A stretch of DNA of 64,000 bases from an uncultured Verrucomicrobiae bacterium (GTDB taxonomy: Bacteria; Chlamydiota; Chlamydiia; Chlamydiales; Rhabdochlamydiaceae). Below, piece after piece: positions 42,075 through 50,972 of the stretch. The notes under the pieces were generated by a model. The model searched no databases. It was not told where the DNA came from and saw only the letters and a program-made list of their open reading frames with translations. A program made the position numbers and the translations under genes. The DNA lies in assembly GCA_963813135.1 (NCBI GenBank), contig CAWEXY010000011.1, positions 1 to 64,000 of the forward strand, in the 5' to 3' direction. Every line of letters begins with the position of its first letter. The stretch's first letter is position 1.

Positions 42075-42653
42075 TTAGGCGAACTGTCCTTGGTTGTGTA
42101 ATGCATCCAGAACATTCTTAGCCGCAGAAATTTTTTGAAATCTCTCTGTGGCGCCTTCGGCCTTATTCTTATCGGGGTGATATTTTAGACTCAATTTCTT
42201 ATATTTTTGTTTAACCTGGTCATAATTAGCGGTCTCATCCAACCCAAGATCCGCTAAGGCCTGATCTTTAGGCTTTCGTGCTTCTTCAGGCTCTTCGGTT
42301 TGTGTTTTTTCATGCTTAATTCTCGTACCGGACCTAGCAAAAGCCACGCCTCCCACAAAGCATAGCACACCGGCAACCGGGATGCTTATTGCCTGCCAAA
42401 CTGTGATGGAAGGATTAAGAAAGGAAACGGCATAGCCGCTGACAATAATGCTAATTGCAAAATTAGTCGGAATTGATAATCTTTTAATGGCGATGTCCAT
42501 AATGATCCCTATGATTAACGAAGATCCAACCATTAAAACGGCATAGCCTGTTCCATATCCTTGAGGGAGCTTTGTATAAGCCCGCGCAGCTGTCTCGCAA
42601 CCAAATGCGAATGCGCCAAGAGCAACCAATCCATTACCTATAGAAACACTCAT
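42075..42653 (-). CDS. Membrane protein with C-terminal J-domain
   Basis: 3-4 hydrophobic segments, then LGLDETANYDQVKQKYKKLSLKYHPDKN...ERFQKISAA (HPD motif). Confidence 0.85.
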   Translation of the reverse strand: MSVSIGNGLVALGAFAFGCETAARAYTKLPQGYGTGYAVLMVGSSLIIGIIMDIAIKRLSIPTNFAISIIVSGYAVSFLNPSITVWQAISIPVAGVLCFVGGVAFARSGTRIKHEKTQTEEPEEARKPKDQALADLGLDETANYDQVKQKYKKLSLKYHPDKNKAEGATERFQKISAAKNVLDALHNQGQFA

Positions 42654-42668
42654 ACTGTAACCTTTCTC

Positions 42669-43310
42669 TTACGGCGGAATGCCCCGTGCGCCGGAACGCA
42701 GCCAAGCTTTTAACGCTTCCAAAGATGCGGTCAATTCCTGAGCAATCGCCTCTTTCGCCTTTTTACTCTCCAGATGCGCGAACGATTCCCAACGGATGGG
42801 AGATCCAAAGACGCAAATGGTCTTTCCCCATAGTTTGGGCAGCTTATGTCGGCGGCCCCACACTTTAGACGCTCCATGGATATAGACAGGGATCACCGCG
42901 CTTCGCGTGCGTTCCACGATAAGTCCAATGCCGGGCTTGATCGGCTGCAGATCCCCGTCCATCGAACGGGTTCCTTCGGGGAAAAGGATCACTTTCCTTC
43001 CTTCCTTAAGAAGACCAAAGATCGTCTTCAATACCCCCACGTCGGAGGCTCCGCCCGATACAGGGTGGGCGTTGAGGGCAGAAATCAACTTTCCAAAGAG
43101 TTTATTTTTAAAGAGCGTCCCCCTAGCCAGAAAATGGACCTCTTCAGGCCAAGAGATCGAGACGAGGGGCGGGTCAAGGAACGACGCATGATTGGCGGCG
43201 AGGATGGCGCCTCTGGGATAATAATGTTCGAGGCCATAGACTTTATGGCGGTAGAAAAGCTTGCAGAAAGACCAGGCAAGGAAGATGACGATCCGATAGA
43301 GAAATTTCAT
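42669..43310 (-). CDS. plsC: 1-acyl-sn-glycerol-3-phosphate acyltransferase portion (own ATG at 43310)
   Basis: NHASFLDP (HxxxxD), LFPEGTRS. Confidence 0.85.
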   Translation of the reverse strand: MKFLYRIVIFLAWSFCKLFYRHKVYGLEHYYPRGAILAANHASFLDPPLVSISWPEEVHFLARGTLFKNKLFGKLISALNAHPVSGGASDVGVLKTIFGLLKEGRKVILFPEGTRSMDGDLQPIKPGIGLIVERTRSAVIPVYIHGASKVWGRRHKLPKLWGKTICVFGSPIRWESFAHLESKKAKEAIAQELTASLEALKAWLRSGARGIPP

Positions 43311-44006
43311 ATGCCAGCTGAGCCAAGGAGGCCGGCGGCTTTTTTTGCGCACGTATTCGAGGATGCGGTCGGTGACTTCTTTGATCGAAAGCTCGGATGT
43401 ATCTATCACATAGCTATCGGGCGGCTGGCGGAGCGGCGAGAGGGTCCGTTTAGAATCATAATCATCGCGCTGCTGCAGCTGTTTGAGCATCGCCTCGCGG
43501 CTGAGGCCTTCGGCCTCATGCGGTCTTTTTTGGAGCATTTCATCAAGGCGCCGCTGCGCCCGGATGTCGGGCCTGGCCGTGAGAAATATCTTGTATTCAG
43601 CGTCAGGGAAAACCGTGGTGCCCATATCGCGGCCCTCAAACACGCCTCCCTTTTTAGCGGCGAAGTTGTGCTGGATCTTCAAGATGGCTTCGCGAACGAT
43701 GGGAAGGGCAGAGACGGGGGAGACGTATTGATTGATTGCCTGCGAGCGGATTTCGGCTGTGACATCGATGCCATTGGCAAAATAATGAACATCGTCTTTG
43801 CGCAGTTTGATCTCGAAACGGAATGTCTTGAGCAGTTCCGCAATGTGCTTTAGGTCCGAAAGAGCAATTTTGTGCTGCAACAGAAGAAAGGTGACGGAGC
43901 GGTACATCGCACCCGTGTCGAAATAAGGAAGGCGCAGGGCCTTAGCAACATTTTTTGCGAGGGTCGTCTTGCCAGTTCCTGCAGGGCCGTCGATTGTAAC
44001 TATCAT
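42669..44006 (-). CDS. cmk: Cytidylate kinase, read through in one ORF into plsC (fusion probably due to one extra A at 43340-43346)
   Basis: IDGPAGTGKTT, DTGAMYR, EGRDMGTTVFPDA. Confidence 0.9.
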   Translation of the reverse strand: MIVTIDGPAGTGKTTLAKNVAKALRLPYFDTGAMYRSVTFLLLQHKIALSDLKHIAELLKTFRFEIKLRKDDVHYFANGIDVTAEIRSQAINQYVSPVSALPIVREAILKIQHNFAAKKGGVFEGRDMGTTVFPDAEYKIFLTARPDIRAQRRLDEMLQKRPHEAEGLSREAMLKQLQQRDDYDSKRTLSPLRQPPDSYVIDTSELSIKEVTDRILEYVRKKSRRPPWLSWHMKFLYRIVIFLAWSFCKLFYRHKVYGLEHYYPRGAILAANHASFLDPPLVSISWPEEVHFLARGTLFKNKLFGKLISALNAHPVSGGASDVGVLKTIFGLLKEGRKVILFPEGTRSMDGDLQPIKPGIGLIVERTRSAVIPVYIHGASKVWGRRHKLPKLWGKTICVFGSPIRWESFAHLESKKAKEAIAQELTASLEALKAWLRSGARGIPP

Positions 44007-44872
44007 GGTCTAATGAAAAAATATACAACAGGAGAGGTAAAAAGTAGAGAATCGACCATGTCGAGAATCCCCCCCACGCCTGGGAGCGAATTACTATCTT
44101 TGACAAACGCATCGCGCTTGAGAAGAGATTCCGCAAGATCGCCGATCTGGGCGAGAACACCAATCACCATGCCAATCCAAATCGCGTGGAGCAGGTCCAA
44201 ATGAAAAGAGGGCATAGAAAAAGCTTTACTAAGGAGCGAATAGATAACGCTCAAGATGACAGCGGAGAAAAATCCTCCAATGGCGCCTTCGACGGTTTTT
44301 TTGGGGCTCAGTTGGCGCGCAAGAGGCCGTTTTCCCCACAGTTTACCGGCAAAATAGCCTCCAATGTCGGTAATTTTGGTCACCGTAATAAGATAAAAAA
44401 GCCACCAGCGCCCGTCTTGAAGAGCATACTGAGAAGAGAACGGATAAAGGATCGCCATCATGAAGCTAAATGGAAGGGCAATATAACAGACGCCAAAAAA
44501 TTCGACGGCGATATGCAAAAGAGCATTGCTGGTGTTTTTAAAGTGGGCGATAAAAAACGAGATGAACCCCAAGATGATAATCAAAAGGGCTAGTTTCGAA
44601 AACTGGGGATACGCCGATGAAATATAGAAAGCGATCACTTCGAAAACGGCAACGGCGATCATGAGTTTGGAAGCAGGATGCAGCCCTTTAGACTTCGTCA
44701 TCTGCGCGTACTCCCAGACGGCAACCCCCGTGAGTCCTGCAATGGTTAAAACGAGAAGAATATTAACGATCGGATGATAAGAAAAGAAAATGAGCAGGGC
44801 CACGATGATAATTGCGGTTCCTGACAAGAGCAATCGCTGCGTTAGATCGTTCATTTTACGAATATTTAACAT
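44003..44872 (-). CDS. cdsA: Phosphatidate cytidylyltransferase
   Basis: DIGGYFAG, LSPKKTVEG, GDLAESLLKR, GGILDMVDSL. Confidence 0.96.
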   Translation of the reverse strand: MLNIRKMNDLTQRLLLSGTAIIIVALLIFFSYHPIVNILLVLTIAGLTGVAVWEYAQMTKSKGLHPASKLMIAVAVFEVIAFYISSAYPQFSKLALLIIILGFISFFIAHFKNTSNALLHIAVEFFGVCYIALPFSFMMAILYPFSSQYALQDGRWWLFYLITVTKITDIGGYFAGKLWGKRPLARQLSPKKTVEGAIGGFFSAVILSVIYSLLSKAFSMPSFHLDLLHAIWIGMVIGVLAQIGDLAESLLKRDAFVKDSNSLPGVGGILDMVDSLLFTSPVVYFFIRP

Positions 44873-45594
44873 CCCGCTCTCCTTTCTCGACGTTGGTAGT
44901 CGAGCAGTGCTTGTAAAAGGTGGTGCTCGTTAAAGTCGGGCCAGAGCACATCGCTAACATATATTTCAGAATACGAAATCTGCCAAAGTAAAAAATTGCT
45001 GAGGCGCATTTCTCCGCTAGTGCGGATGAGAAGCTCCGGATCTTGCCATTGAGCGGTATCGAGATATCCAGCCAACATCTTCTCAGAGATGGCTTCTTTT
45101 GCCAAGCGGCCTTCTAGACAATCGTTCACCATGGAGGAAACGGCCCGGCGAATATCGTCGCGGGCCCCGTAATTGATAGCGAGAACGAGATCGATCCTAG
45201 CGCCATGCGCAGTCGCGGCCTTAGTCTCTTCTAAAATTCTAAGCACATCAGGAGGGAGTTTTTCGAGGTCGCCAATCGCATCGAGACGGACTCCTTCGCG
45301 GACCATCCGTTCGCATTGTCCTGATAAATACATCTTAAATAATTGCATGATGCTATCGACTTCGTCAACGCTTCGATTCCAATTTTCTGTAGAAAATGCG
45401 TAGACGGTCAGGACCTCGATGCCCAGATCGGAGGCCGCGTCGACGATATCCATGAGAGCTTCGGCTCCCTTCCAATGCCCGATCGTCGTCGATACGCCGT
45501 GTTTTTGGGCCCAGCGCCGATTCCCATCCATAATAATGGCAACATGTTTGGGAACCCGCTTTAAACCAATCTCTTCCGGTACAGTTGAGTGCAT
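44866..45594 (-). CDS. uppS: Undecaprenyl diphosphate synthase
   Basis: HVAIIMDGNRRWA, FSTENWNR, IRTSGEMRLSNFLLWQ; start ATG 45594. Confidence 0.97.
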   Translation of the reverse strand: MHSTVPEEIGLKRVPKHVAIIMDGNRRWAQKHGVSTTIGHWKGAEALMDIVDAASDLGIEVLTVYAFSTENWNRSVDEVDSIMQLFKMYLSGQCERMVREGVRLDAIGDLEKLPPDVLRILEETKAATAHGARIDLVLAINYGARDDIRRAVSSMVNDCLEGRLAKEAISEKMLAGYLDTAQWQDPELLIRTSGEMRLSNFLLWQISYSEIYVSDVLWPDFNEHHLLQALLDYQRRERRAGC

Positions 45595-45706
45595 GAACCT
45601 TTTCCAAAAAGAGTCAAACATAACGAAAGCTACTTTTAAACGCACCAAAAGATTGCCATTAATGCGGCACTCATAGAAGATGGCCCTTTTAAACGCAGGA
45701 GTCCGT

Positions 45707-46408
45707 GTGAAAAAAATATTTATCGCTGCTTCGCTCTTAACATCTTTAGTTTACGCCGAAGAGGCCAATGCGCCTGCCCCAAACGACCATAGATTCTTCA
45801 TTGGGCCTGATATTTTTTGGGACCACACCGATGCCAAAGCTGAAATCAAAGGAATTAAATACAAGTATAAGGCAAACAGCGCCATGTTCGGCCTGCGAGC
45901 CGGCTATGATTATTTAAAACCCAATTGGGCCTATTTTGGCGTCTATGCCATGACATCAGCTGGCCACCAATCCTCTAGAGAGGACGTAGAGGCCCCGATA
46001 TTTCCTCCCTCCCACGCCAAAGAATCCGGCTATCGCATGCTCAGCAATGTCGAAGGCCGCATCGGTTATAATTTTAAAAGCCCTCTCTTTGTGCGCACCA
46101 CCATCACCCCCTTCATCGGCGGCGGCGGGTTTTTCAATAAACTTCATGATAAAGAAAGTTTTGATTGGGGCTATGCAACACTGGGACTTCGTTTGAATTT
46201 TGGTTTTACTGAAGACCTCGATGTGGGCGCCAATTTAAAAGTTATGAATGCGTTCAACGATGTTTGGGGATTTGAAGGGGCCCTTCCCTTGACTTGGAAA
46301 ATTTGCAACCGCTGGGATTTCCAACTCGAACCCTATTACCTCAGGCTCGACTCTAAATGGCCTTCGCAAATCTTGGGCTCTAGATTTTTATTTGGATATA
46401 GATTTTAA
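45707..46408 (+). CDS. Outer membrane beta-barrel protein, paralog 1
   Basis: AGGAG + GTG start, signal peptide, aromatic-rich strands, C-terminal FLFGYRF beta-signal. Confidence 0.8.
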   Translation: MKKIFIAASLLTSLVYAEEANAPAPNDHRFFIGPDIFWDHTDAKAEIKGIKYKYKANSAMFGLRAGYDYLKPNWAYFGVYAMTSAGHQSSREDVEAPIFPPSHAKESGYRMLSNVEGRIGYNFKSPLFVRTTITPFIGGGGFFNKLHDKESFDWGYATLGLRLNFGFTEDLDVGANLKVMNAFNDVWGFEGALPLTWKICNRWDFQLEPYYLRLDSKWPSQILGSRFLFGYRF

Positions 46409-46471
46409 TTACACATCTATTAATTCTTTAGAATTGTAATTAATACGCCAGACAGCAAAGATAATTAGCTT

Positions 46472-47245
46472 ATGAAACGAGCTTTTATCTTTCTGGCTGC
46501 AATTTTTTCTTCTGCGCTCTTTGCAGAAACTCAAGCGATAGGACCTCTTCCTTCGCCGCATCAATTCTCCTTCGGATTAGAAATGTTCGAGAACCGCTCC
46601 CTTGAAAAGGTGTTTCATTCGGGAGGCAAGAAGTCATTTTGGGACGAAGACCGCCCCGCTGGCGCTTATATCCGAAAATACCGAGGCAGCATGACCGGGC
46701 TAAGACTCGGCTACGATTATATTTCCCCCGATACGATTTATGTAGGAACTCATCTTTCTTTTGCAGAAGGATGGACCACTGTTTCTGATGACAATGTGTT
46801 TGCACAACTGCTCAAAGGGATTGCCCATATCATCGTTCCTTGGGACGCCAACAGCTATTTTAGCAACGCCGAAGGCAGGGTCGGCTACACGTTCAAGACC
46901 TTTATCTCTCCTCGCAACACTGTTACCCCTTTTATCGGAGGCGGCGAATATTTTTTAAACCTCGATCATCATCGCCAGCACCAAACGTATGCCGCCCTAG
47001 GACTTCGCTCTAATTTTGGCTTTACGCAAAGCATGGACGTCGGCGCCCATTTTAAAGTTATCTATCTTTGGAATGACAATTGGGGATACGAAGCTTCTCT
47101 TCCTCTCACATGGAAGTGGGGGAAAGCTCAGGAATGGAATTTTCAGCTAGAGCCTTACATCCTTCGCCTCAACACCCGGCTGTCTACCGACCTCATCTGC
47201 TCCGAAATGTGGGGCGCCCGCCTCCTATTCGGCTACCATTTCTAA
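46472..47245 (+). CDS. Outer membrane beta-barrel protein, paralog 2
   Basis: Signal peptide, C-terminal LLFGYHF; shares GLRxGYDY, EGRxGY, TPFIGGG, FQLEPY with paralog 1. Confidence 0.8.
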   Translation: MKRAFIFLAAIFSSALFAETQAIGPLPSPHQFSFGLEMFENRSLEKVFHSGGKKSFWDEDRPAGAYIRKYRGSMTGLRLGYDYISPDTIYVGTHLSFAEGWTTVSDDNVFAQLLKGIAHIIVPWDANSYFSNAEGRVGYTFKTFISPRNTVTPFIGGGEYFLNLDHHRQHQTYAALGLRSNFGFTQSMDVGAHFKVIYLWNDNWGYEASLPLTWKWGKAQEWNFQLEPYILRLNTRLSTDLICSEMWGARLLFGYHF

Positions 47246-47307
47246 AATCTTCCCAAGATCGGAGGCGGGTTAACATCCTCTCAGAACTTGCGTAATGCGC
47301 TAAAGTG

Positions 47308-47336
47308 TTGACGGTAATTTAACATAAATTTATCCT
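47308..47336 (+). promoter_or_regulatory. Putative sigma66 promoter
   Basis: TTGACG-17 nt-TATCCT upstream of 47378. Confidence 0.55.
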
Positions 47337-47377
47337 ATTATTTAATTTTTCATACATATTAAAAAAAGGGTGGTTTT

Positions 47378-49081
47378 ATGGCTTCAACGATAAATTCTAC
47401 TAGTGCTAAATGGTCCTTTAGAGAGGCGGCAGAGGAAATTTTAAGCGCACGTGACAAAATTCAGGAACTTGTAGAAGGTTTAAAATCAGTAGTACAAATT
47501 TATGAACTTGATGAAATAAAATCATTTAAGATTATTGAAACCAAGCTTTTTACCATACACGATAATGCTCGTCCGTTGCTTGGTGGCGTAGAAGTTAGCT
47601 TAAATTTGATTTCTAATTCTGAAAAATGCAAGGAAGTTGCTGAGATTTATTCCAAAAAAGCAAAAGAGTTTGGTTTGTTCTCCCAAGAGCGCCGTTCATT
47701 CAATGAATTGAAAAAACAGATTTTAAAAATGCAGACACAGGAATTATTCTTTCAAATAAATGTTCCGAATGGAAAGGATTTTATTGAAAGGCTTGAACTA
47801 GAAAGCGCAAAAGTCAAACAGCTCTTCTCGAAATTTAAATTCACCGAGTACTTTACTGGATCAATTCGTGTGGGAGAATATTGTGAAGTCTCAGCTAAAA
47901 TAGCAAAAAATTATAAAAAGAAAAGTGGAATCGTACAACTCAAAATTGATAATCAAACAATCCAATTGATTCATGTTGAACATACGAGTTTACCGGATTA
48001 TTCTCGCCGTGCGGATGAATGCAAGAAGTTGTCTGAAGTCTATAAATCGGAAATTACACGAATTACTGGTGATAGCAAAAGCCTTAATCTTCCACAAACA
48101 AAAATTCAGCTTGCAATATTAAATATCTTGGCCAAGAAAGTTGAACAAGCCCATCAAAAATGGAGTTCGCTAGCGGACAAATACAACAATTATTTTGCTG
48201 TCGAAGTAATCGAACCCCCAGCCGCTAAAATCGTAGAGAAAATACGATATGATGATCCAAGACTTAGATCTTTTCCATGGACATTTTTTGAGCGTAAAGA
48301 TATAGCTCAATGCATCAGTTATCTGGCATCTCTGAAAGACGTCCCTGTGGTGGAAGATGTAATACCGTCTATGCCACGAATTGTTAAGCGGTGGCATTTT
48401 GAAAATTTAACAATCCTTCTTTCCCATTACTCTACTAAGAAGTCTTGCGAAAACCAGGCTAAAAAAATTTCAGACTATGCCTTTAGCTTTCATCAACTTA
48501 AACAGGAGTTAAAAAAATGTGTAAAAATACCTAACCCCAAGCCCGAACCTTTTGTTCTAAGAGATCGTTCTGTTGTCAAAGCTAATCAGAGTTTTCTTTC
48601 GTTTGTTTACGAATTCGGAATGATGTTTTTGGGACACCGCCAAGACCCTTTTGACTTAGAAGAAAGAAGACGAAGCGAACTTTGGTTTGAGAAAGCCTTT
48701 GAATATAATTATCGATATATAGAGTATGAAACGTTGAAGAAGGTCGTGAAAAGCTGCACAGGCGCATTTGTAAAGTACCAAAAAATGGCTGAGGATCTTC
48801 GCTCATCTAAAAAAAGCTGGTTAAAGGTTCAACTAATATACCATGAGTCATTCGGGCCTCCGCCCAAACCTCGAGACTTTCCTTTTCTAGTCTATAACGA
48901 GGTAACTAGAGAGTTTGATAGACTTGACAATAACTCTTTTATAACAAAATCAACAATTGACTCCCTGTCATCTAGCACGCCCGTTTTAGATGATATACAT
49001 GACACGGTAGTTTTTTTTCGGCAGGATTCTGATGCACTTGCATTCCAAAAGAATGGCTATAAAACCTATTGGAAAAATTAG
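47378..49081 (+). CDS. Hypothetical protein (AT-rich, Lys-rich, effector-like)
   Basis: 567-aa uninterrupted ORF; Ser/Thr-rich N-terminus; no recognisable domain. Confidence 0.8.
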   Translation: MASTINSTSAKWSFREAAEEILSARDKIQELVEGLKSVVQIYELDEIKSFKIIETKLFTIHDNARPLLGGVEVSLNLISNSEKCKEVAEIYSKKAKEFGLFSQERRSFNELKKQILKMQTQELFFQINVPNGKDFIERLELESAKVKQLFSKFKFTEYFTGSIRVGEYCEVSAKIAKNYKKKSGIVQLKIDNQTIQLIHVEHTSLPDYSRRADECKKLSEVYKSEITRITGDSKSLNLPQTKIQLAILNILAKKVEQAHQKWSSLADKYNNYFAVEVIEPPAAKIVEKIRYDDPRLRSFPWTFFERKDIAQCISYLASLKDVPVVEDVIPSMPRIVKRWHFENLTILLSHYSTKKSCENQAKKISDYAFSFHQLKQELKKCVKIPNPKPEPFVLRDRSVVKANQSFLSFVYEFGMMFLGHRQDPFDLEERRRSELWFEKAFEYNYRYIEYETLKKVVKSCTGAFVKYQKMAEDLRSSKKSWLKVQLIYHESFGPPPKPRDFPFLVYNEVTREFDRLDNNSFITKSTIDSLSSSTPVLDDIHDTVVFFRQDSDALAFQKNGYKTYWKN

Positions 49082-49284
49082 AAAAGTGATAGCAAGAACT
49101 CTTCCTTGAAGACCCTGGCCTGAAAAGGTAGGACTTTTGCATCGCGATCAGTCAAAACAAGACCCCTACCTTAAAGCGTCTAACTTAACCCATCTTTTGA
49201 AGCAGCCGAGTTTCAACTGGCACTAATGCCTTCTCCAGAAACAAACCACTTGCCTCTACTCATCGTCATTAAAAATTGAATAGA

Positions 49285-50790
49285 CTATATATTCTCCCCG
49301 ATTTTTTTGAGCTCCTTCTCTGCCTTGATACTCCAGACCAGGACGATTGCATCCCTACTTGCCGAGACAAGGCGCTTGCCTCCGTTCATTGTCGTTAAGG
49401 AACATATAGGAGCTGCATGTCCCTCGAGCTTTTTTAACTCTTTCCCAGTCTCGATGTCCCAAATCCGAATAGTTTTGTCAACGCTTCCCGTAGCAAGCCA
49501 CTTCCCTCCATTTAAAACCACCATGCACAAAACGTCTCCTGTGTGTCCCTTAAGCCTTTTTAACTCTTTTCCTGTCTCGATATCCCAGATTAGAATGGTA
49601 CCATCACTGGTTCCGGAGGCAAGCCAATCATTTTTATTCACCACCAATAAGGCAGAAACATGTGTCGAATGTCCTTCAAATTTTTTAAGCACATTCCCAG
49701 TCTCGATATCCCAAATCCGGATGTCGTTGCCCGAGCTTCCAATAATCCAATTCCTCTCATTAACAGCCGTCAAATAACCTACAGCTCCTGTACTCCCCTT
49801 GAGCTTTTTGATCATCTTCCCCGTTTCGACATTCCATATGATAACATAATTGTCAGAACTTCCGGCAGCAAGCCACTTTCCTCCATTGACTCCTGTTAGA
49901 GACATAGAACGGCGTTTATGCCCAGCGAGTTTGTGAAGTTTTTCCCCGGTGTCCACATCCACAATCCAAGCTTTCTCTTTGCCGAAGTCTGCACAGGCAA
50001 GCCACTTTCCTCCGTTCACTAATGCAATAGAATTGCCAAACGGGCTGTCAAATATTTCAAATTTATTCCAAACGCTACCTCCCTGACAAAAAATATGCCA
50101 AGTACAAACACTTGTACCGCAAGCCCCGATCAACTCGTTTAACTCGTTTCCAACTTCTCTTTCTATAAGTGACAGGACATGACTATCTGTTCTAATTAGA
50201 TTAATGCATTCTATCTGAATAGATTGTCTTTCGAGAGGAAGGGCCTCATGTGGAAAAAACTCCAATCGCACAGGTGTGCGCCCACCCCCGAGCACATTAA
50301 TGTTAAACTCGGTCTCAATCATGGCCCGGAGCTGCTCAATCTGTTCGTAACTGACTGGGATGGTAAGGTTGTCAGGGCCTCTGTTCTCCAAAGAGCGTAT
50401 GTTCCATTCCATTACTTGCGATGCTTTAATCCAAAGTAAAGTATTGCTGAAAAGGGGGGCATCCGACCGCTCTACTTCTTTAGAAATTTTGTTTGTTAGA
50501 AACGTAATAACAGGCATGAATAGTCTTTCGGCCGAAACGGCTATTTCACAAAGCTCCACTCGCGTAGGTTTACGAGCCACCTTAACGAAAAACTGGGTCT
50601 CAATCATGGCCCGGAGCCGATCAATCTGTTGATCACTGACGTCGATATCATAGTACTTGGCTCCGGTCTCCCAAGATTGTACGGAGCATTTCAGTGCATT
50701 AGACGCGAGTAAAGTAACTTTGAAAGGGATGGCATTCCACTGCCCTAATTCTATAGAACTTGTTTTTGTTAGAGGCGTAACAGCAGCCAT
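49285..50790 (-). CDS. WD40 beta-propeller protein with duplicated N-terminal module
   Basis: Six clear ~42-aa GH...WD repeats (e.g. LKGHTGDVLCMVVLNGGKWLATGSVDKTIRIWDIETG); AAGGAG before ATG 50790. Confidence 0.9.
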   Translation of the reverse strand: MAAVTPLTKTSSIELGQWNAIPFKVTLLASNALKCSVQSWETGAKYYDIDVSDQQIDRLRAMIETQFFVKVARKPTRVELCEIAVSAERLFMPVITFLTNKISKEVERSDAPLFSNTLLWIKASQVMEWNIRSLENRGPDNLTIPVSYEQIEQLRAMIETEFNINVLGGGRTPVRLEFFPHEALPLERQSIQIECINLIRTDSHVLSLIEREVGNELNELIGACGTSVCTWHIFCQGGSVWNKFEIFDSPFGNSIALVNGGKWLACADFGKEKAWIVDVDTGEKLHKLAGHKRRSMSLTGVNGGKWLAAGSSDNYVIIWNVETGKMIKKLKGSTGAVGYLTAVNERNWIIGSSGNDIRIWDIETGNVLKKFEGHSTHVSALLVVNKNDWLASGTSDGTILIWDIETGKELKRLKGHTGDVLCMVVLNGGKWLATGSVDKTIRIWDIETGKELKKLEGHAAPICSLTTMNGGKRLVSASRDAIVLVWSIKAEKELKKIGENI

Positions 50791-50972
50791 AGATTTCTCC
50801 TTATTTCTAAAGATAGAATCAAAAAACACAACCGTAGAATAGCCTATAAATGGAATTATTGTAAATTTTTTATGCTATCCCCTTATGCTTGCCTAAACTG
50901 TAAGGACTTCTGTCTAGACAGCAATGCCCCAAAAGGGGTATCCTGGATAATTTAATTATAAAGGATTTTTTC

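Noticed and set aside
41957..42075. Integrative element at tRNA-Leu
   Set aside because: No integrase and no duplicated tRNA 3' end seen in the window.
42669..44006. Novel Cmk-PlsC fusion protein
   Set aside because: Removing one base from the T7 run (43340-43346) ends cmk as ...RKKAAGLLGSAGI-TGA with a classic ATGA overlap on the plsC start (43307-43310). Given the other indels in this window, an artefact is more likely.
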